17,310 nt of DNA from a virus. Lineage: Duplodnaviria > Heunggongvirae > Uroviricota > Caudoviricetes. Made by a program: the position numbers and the translations under genes. The notes under the pieces are model-generated. The model was not told where the DNA came from, made no database searches, and saw only the letters and a list, made by a program, of their open reading frames with translations. Location of the stretch: the IMG/VR virus record IMGVR_UViG_3300046689_000419. One strand, 5' to 3'. How positions within the stretch are numbered: position 1 is the first letter of the stretch; each line of letters starts with the position of its first letter. Positions 13,349 through 17,310 of this stretch are shown here, piece by piece.

Positions 13349-15232
13349 ATGACCTACGCGCAGGCCCAGTCCTCGAGGCTGGGTCAGCGAGTTGCGCCGG
13401 AGACCACCTACGTGCAGATCTTCGACGTGGACCCGGCCACCGAGACCGCGGACCTGGTGGAGGCGGCCTGGCCGGGGATGCTGGTCTACCGGCAGGACCG
13501 CTCGATCCTGCAGATCTACGACGGCACGGCCGGGGCCTGGGCCGATGTCGCGGGTGGAGTGGCCGGCCAGCTCACCTACGTCGGCCCGGTAGAGCCCACC
13601 GGTGGCCCGTTCAACGTCGGTGATGTCTGGTACGACGACTCCAACGGCTATGCCCAGTACATCTGGAACGGCACCGCCTGGGTGCCCTCGGGCGGGGTGC
13701 ACACCTTCCAGAACCCGGGCTTCTTCGACCTGGACGGTGATCCGGACACCCCGCCGGCCTACATCGAGCCGGTGGCCATCGCGGTGGGGGACATCTGGTA
13801 CCAGATCGATGACGGCAACCGGCCTCGGCGCTGGGACGGCACCAACTGGGTGGACGCCAAGGACCCGAACACCCAGATCGTGGAGGCGGTCGCGGGCAAC
13901 GTCACCGCCATCGACGCGCTGAGTCAGACGGTCAACGAGCTGGCCATGGTGGCTACCTCGGCGGACAACACCGCGGACACCGCCGATGGCCGGGTCTCGA
14001 TGTCGGACTACAACCCGGGCACCGACGACATCCTCTACGACCAGGTGAAGGACCAGATCGACCCGGACACCGGAGCGATCGTCCCGGTGACCGTCTCGGT
14101 GTCCCGGCAGAACGGCTCGATCTGGTTCACCCGGACCCGGCCACGCGCGAACCTGTGCACCAACCCGTCCTTCGAGGTCAGCCTGGTGGACTGGAACGGC
14201 GTGGCGGCCACCATCTCCCGGGTCACCGACCCCCATGAGATCGCCGGCGACTGGACCATGCAGGTCAGCAACGACGCCTCGGCCGCCGACCACTACACCC
14301 GGTGGAACCCGGTGGTCGGCCAGCCCTGCGTGCCCGGTGAGATCTACACCGCCTCGGCCTTCGCGGAGCTGGTCAGCGGCACCGGGCTGGGCGTGCACAT
14401 GGCGCTGGCCTGGTACGACGCGACCAACACCCTGATGACCACCACGGCTGGAGACCCGCTGGACCTGGTGACCAACTCCTGGGACCCGGCGCTGGCCGGC
14501 ACGATGGCCGAGCCCCGGATGAAGGTGACCGGCACGGTGCCGGCTGGGGCGGCCTTCCTGCGCGCCCGGGCGATCAGCCCGGCGGCCAACGTGAACGATG
14601 TCTGGCGCTGCTCGGCGGTGCTGGTCGAGCAGGAGGACGACCTGGGCCGGTACTTCGACGGTGCCTCCTACGACGGGCACTGGGACGGCACCGCGCAGGT
14701 CTCCACCTCCTACCTGTCCGGGGACAAGATCATCGCGATCTGGGAGCTGCGTGACCAGTCCTGGATCCAGAAGTACCTGACCTCGGAGACCCTGTTCAAC
14801 CTGGACGCCAGCAAGCTGGTCGGCTCCCTGAACGCCGGCATCCTGAGTCCGAACACCCTGAACGCCAACGCCCTGGTCGCCACCTCGGTGACCGCCTCGG
14901 AGAGCCTGAGCGCCGGAGACATCGTGAACGTCTGGAACAGCAGCGGCACCTTCCGGGTCCGCAAGGCCTGCGCCTACCCGGGCCAGCAGTACGAGGCGCA
15001 CGGGTTCGTGCTGGACGCGGTGAGCTCGGGGCAGAGTGTGTCGGTCCACCACGTGGGCTACAACTCGTTCCGGTCCGGGCTGGCCCCCGGGGCGCAGTGG
15101 GTGTCCACTGTTGCTGGGCAGGTCACCAACACCCCGCCCACCTCAGTGGGCTCGATGGTGCAGCGGATCGGATTCGCGCCCGCCTCGGGAGTGCTGAACT
15201 TCGAGCCGATGGCTCCTATCCGGATCATCTAG
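13349..15232 (+). CDS. Minor tail / fibre protein with a carbohydrate-binding-like domain, 627 aa
   Basis: Two GD(V/I)WY...W(N/D)GT.WV repeats, NLCTNPSFE (CBM4/9-like start) and a C-terminal beta domain (ASESLSAGDIVNV...AHGFVL...GLAPG). Confidence 0.8.
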   Translation: MTYAQAQSSRLGQRVAPETTYVQIFDVDPATETADLVEAAWPGMLVYRQDRSILQIYDGTAGAWADVAGGVAGQLTYVGPVEPTGGPFNVGDVWYDDSNGYAQYIWNGTAWVPSGGVHTFQNPGFFDLDGDPDTPPAYIEPVAIAVGDIWYQIDDGNRPRRWDGTNWVDAKDPNTQIVEAVAGNVTAIDALSQTVNELAMVATSADNTADTADGRVSMSDYNPGTDDILYDQVKDQIDPDTGAIVPVTVSVSRQNGSIWFTRTRPRANLCTNPSFEVSLVDWNGVAATISRVTDPHEIAGDWTMQVSNDASAADHYTRWNPVVGQPCVPGEIYTASAFAELVSGTGLGVHMALAWYDATNTLMTTTAGDPLDLVTNSWDPALAGTMAEPRMKVTGTVPAGAAFLRARAISPAANVNDVWRCSAVLVEQEDDLGRYFDGASYDGHWDGTAQVSTSYLSGDKIIAIWELRDQSWIQKYLTSETLFNLDASKLVGSLNAGILSPNTLNANALVATSVTASESLSAGDIVNVWNSSGTFRVRKACAYPGQQYEAHGFVLDAVSSGQSVSVHHVGYNSFRSGLAPGAQWVSTVAGQVTNTPPTSVGSMVQRIGFAPASGVLNFEPMAPIRII

Positions 15233-15239
15233 GACATAC

Positions 15240-17310
15240 ATGGCGATCGACTGGGGAGCGTGGGAGTACTCCGGCGGCAACGGGATGCGGGTCGGGGTCG
15301 ATGTCAGCGTCGCCCCGGGAGCCGGCGGCCCGGTGGTGAACACCACCAGCTACGTGGTGTTCAGTGTGGACTACTGGACGGAGAACCAGCACACCTACGG
15401 GGACACCCAGACCCTGAACCTGGGCGGCTCGATCGGTGGCTCGATCACCTTCACCAACAACGACGGAGCCACCGCGCAGAAGCGTGGCACTCGGACCTAC
15501 ACCTACTCCTACGACTCCAACGACTACGGCAGCTCGCCGGGCAACCGGACCTTCTCGGCCACCCTGAGCGGTGCCTACAACGGGGTCACCCCATCCAGCT
15601 CGCACACCACCGCGATCCCGGCTCGGCCCTACGACAACCCGGATCCGGTCACCGCGGCCACCCTGAGCCGGGTCAGCGACGAGACCAACAAGGTCAGCTG
15701 GGTCAACCACGACACGAATGGCAAGCCCTACACCAAGGTGTACGTGGACCGGTTCATCTACGACTACGGCACATACCCGGGCCAGCCCTGGACCACGGTG
15801 AGCACCGCTGCCGGGACGGCCATCTCCTACTCCGATGCCGGGGCGATCCCGAACCGGAAGTGGGAGTACCGGATCAAGCCGTGGAACTCGGCCGGCTACT
15901 CGGCCTCCTATGACTTCACCAACGTGCTGTGGACCTCACCGGCGGTGCCCACCGCGCTCACCCTGGACCCGGTGTTCTCCGACTGGGTGGTCGGCTGGAC
16001 CAACAACACCTACTACTCCGAGTACGTCACCGAGATCTGGCACGCCGCGGATGGGGTCTGGGACCTCACCGCGCTGGGCACCCGGCCGGCTGGCCCACCG
16101 AACAGCCTGACCAGCTTCCAGCATGTCGGCGCGGCGAGCGGGGTCCGGCACAAGTACCGGCTGCGCACCAAGACCAGCACGGGCACGGTGCTCTACTCCG
16201 CCTGGTCCGCGGAGACCCCGGAGACCGCTGGTACCAGCACCGCCCCGAATGCTCCGACCAACCTGTCCCCGAGCGGCAGCACGGTCTTCGACCCGACCCA
16301 GCCGATCGTGTTCACCTGGCAGTACAACACCACCGACGGCTCGGTGCAGACCAGCTTCTCGGTCCGGCACCGAGTGGTGGGCTCGCCCACCTGGACCACG
16401 GTCCCGCAGGTGACCGGCACCCCGGGCACGGACCACACCTACACGCTGCCGGCCGCCAGCTACGGCAACGACCAGAGCGTCGAGTGGCAGGTGATGACCT
16501 GGGGCTCGAGCACCACCGGCTCGGCCTGGTCGGCCTCCGCGGTGTTCGTCACCCAGCCGGTGGTGCCCAAGAAGTACCCGATGTACCTGGACATCACCAG
16601 TGGCCGGATGGTCGCGGACAGTGCTCCGGTCACGGTGCCGTACGCCGCCAGGTACCTGGCAGTCGGGCAGAGCGTGCCGAACACCACCTTCACGGTGATC
16701 AAGTGGGACACCGACATCAGCCCGGCGGTCGGGATCACCTACAACGCCGGCACCGGGGAGTTCACCGTCCCCGACGATGGCGTCTACGTGGTCACCGCCA
16801 GCCTGGGGTTCGTCTCGAACGCCACCGGCTCCCAGCGGGTGATCTCGCTTTACCTGAACGGCGCGTCGGTTCAGCAGGTCAGTGGCACCCCAGGCGGTGG
16901 TACCGCGATCCCGGTGGTCACCGTGGCGGTCGCGCTGTCCTGCACAGCCGGGGACAAGCTGTCTATCTACGGCTGGCAGAACTCCGGTGCTCCGCTGTCC
17001 ACGGTGGGCGGCGCGATCTACATGCGGGTCAGCATCGTCAAGATGGTCCCGGGAGCTCCGGGCAGTGGTGGTGGCGGTGGGGGCAGCGGGGGAGCTCCCA
17101 GCGGCGCGGCGGGTGGAGACCTGGCTGGCTCCTACCCGAACCCGGTGCTGAAGGCTGGCTCGGTGACCGCGGACAAGGTGGCCACCGGCGTGTTGAACTA
17201 CACCTTCACCCAGGCAGTGGCAGCGGCTACCTGGGTGATCGACCATCCGCTGCCGTACCGGCCCAACGTCGCGGTGGTGGACTCCACCGGCCGGCGGGTC
17301 GAGGGTGATC
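15240..17310 (+). CDS. Large tail/fibre protein (partial, at least 690 aa): fibronectin type III domains, C1q-like domain, Gly linker
   Basis: I translated frame 3 from ATG 15240 (AGGA RBS) to the window end with no stop: MAIDWGAWEYSGG..., FN3-like units (KVSW...YRIKPWNSAG; VGW...YRLRT; FTW...WQVMTW), C1q-like IKWDT...GEFTVPDDGVYVVTASL, a Gly run and AGGDLAGSYPNP. It is absent from the ORF track because it has no stop in the window. Confidence 0.88.
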   Translation, partial: MAIDWGAWEYSGGNGMRVGVDVSVAPGAGGPVVNTTSYVVFSVDYWTENQHTYGDTQTLNLGGSIGGSITFTNNDGATAQKRGTRTYTYSYDSNDYGSSPGNRTFSATLSGAYNGVTPSSSHTTAIPARPYDNPDPVTAATLSRVSDETNKVSWVNHDTNGKPYTKVYVDRFIYDYGTYPGQPWTTVSTAAGTAISYSDAGAIPNRKWEYRIKPWNSAGYSASYDFTNVLWTSPAVPTALTLDPVFSDWVVGWTNNTYYSEYVTEIWHAADGVWDLTALGTRPAGPPNSLTSFQHVGAASGVRHKYRLRTKTSTGTVLYSAWSAETPETAGTSTAPNAPTNLSPSGSTVFDPTQPIVFTWQYNTTDGSVQTSFSVRHRVVGSPTWTTVPQVTGTPGTDHTYTLPAASYGNDQSVEWQVMTWGSSTTGSAWSASAVFVTQPVVPKKYPMYLDITSGRMVADSAPVTVPYAARYLAVGQSVPNTTFTVIKWDTDISPAVGITYNAGTGEFTVPDDGVYVVTASLGFVSNATGSQRVISLYLNGASVQQVSGTPGGGTAIPVVTVAVALSCTAGDKLSIYGWQNSGAPLSTVGGAIYMRVSIVKMVPGAPGSGGGGGGSGGAPSGAAGGDLAGSYPNPVLKAGSVTADKVATGVLNYTFTQAVAAATWVIDHPLPYRPNVAVVDSTGRRVEGD

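Larger units (their letters stand above)
1..17310 (+). mobile_element. Segment of an actinobacterial tailed phage or prophage genome (replication module into virion module)
   Basis: Single-strand, overlap-coupled gene run containing gp32-like SSB, DnaE, Cas4-like nuclease, RuvC, WhiB, a terS-like gene and tail-fibre-type proteins. WhiB, high GC and the actinobacterial parS and SOS motifs point to an Actinomycetota host. No attachment site, integrase or host gene is visible. Confidence 0.9.

Noticed and set aside
15260-17308. Track ORFs 15260-15913 and 15929-17308 on the + strand
   Set aside because: They are off-frame shadows of the real gene starting at 15240, which has high GC3 and recognisable domains.

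Overview
The window is a GC-rich (about two-thirds G+C by eye) segment of an actinobacterial tailed phage or prophage, with all credible genes on the + strand and tightly coupled by ATGA/GTGA/TGATG overlaps. The first part is a replication and recombination module: gp32-like SSB, a shortened DnaE polymerase, an HNH protein, a Cas4-like PD-(D/E)XK nuclease and RuvC. It also has several HTH proteins, two tandem EEP-family phosphoesterases, three micro-ORFs, WhiB and a terminase-small-subunit-like gene. The last part holds virion genes: a beta-sandwich protein, two Gly/Ala/Lys-rich proteins, a collagen/C1q protein and two large tail or fibre proteins, the final one running off the window and missing from the ORF track. 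The most notable signals are a perfect host-type chromosomal parS 9 bp before dnaE, tandem LexA-type SOS boxes before the Cas4-like gene, a probable +1-frame gene overprinted inside dnaE, a shared N-terminal leader on two adjacent virion-module proteins, and the EEP pair. All assignments come from motif recognition by eye; no database search was run.
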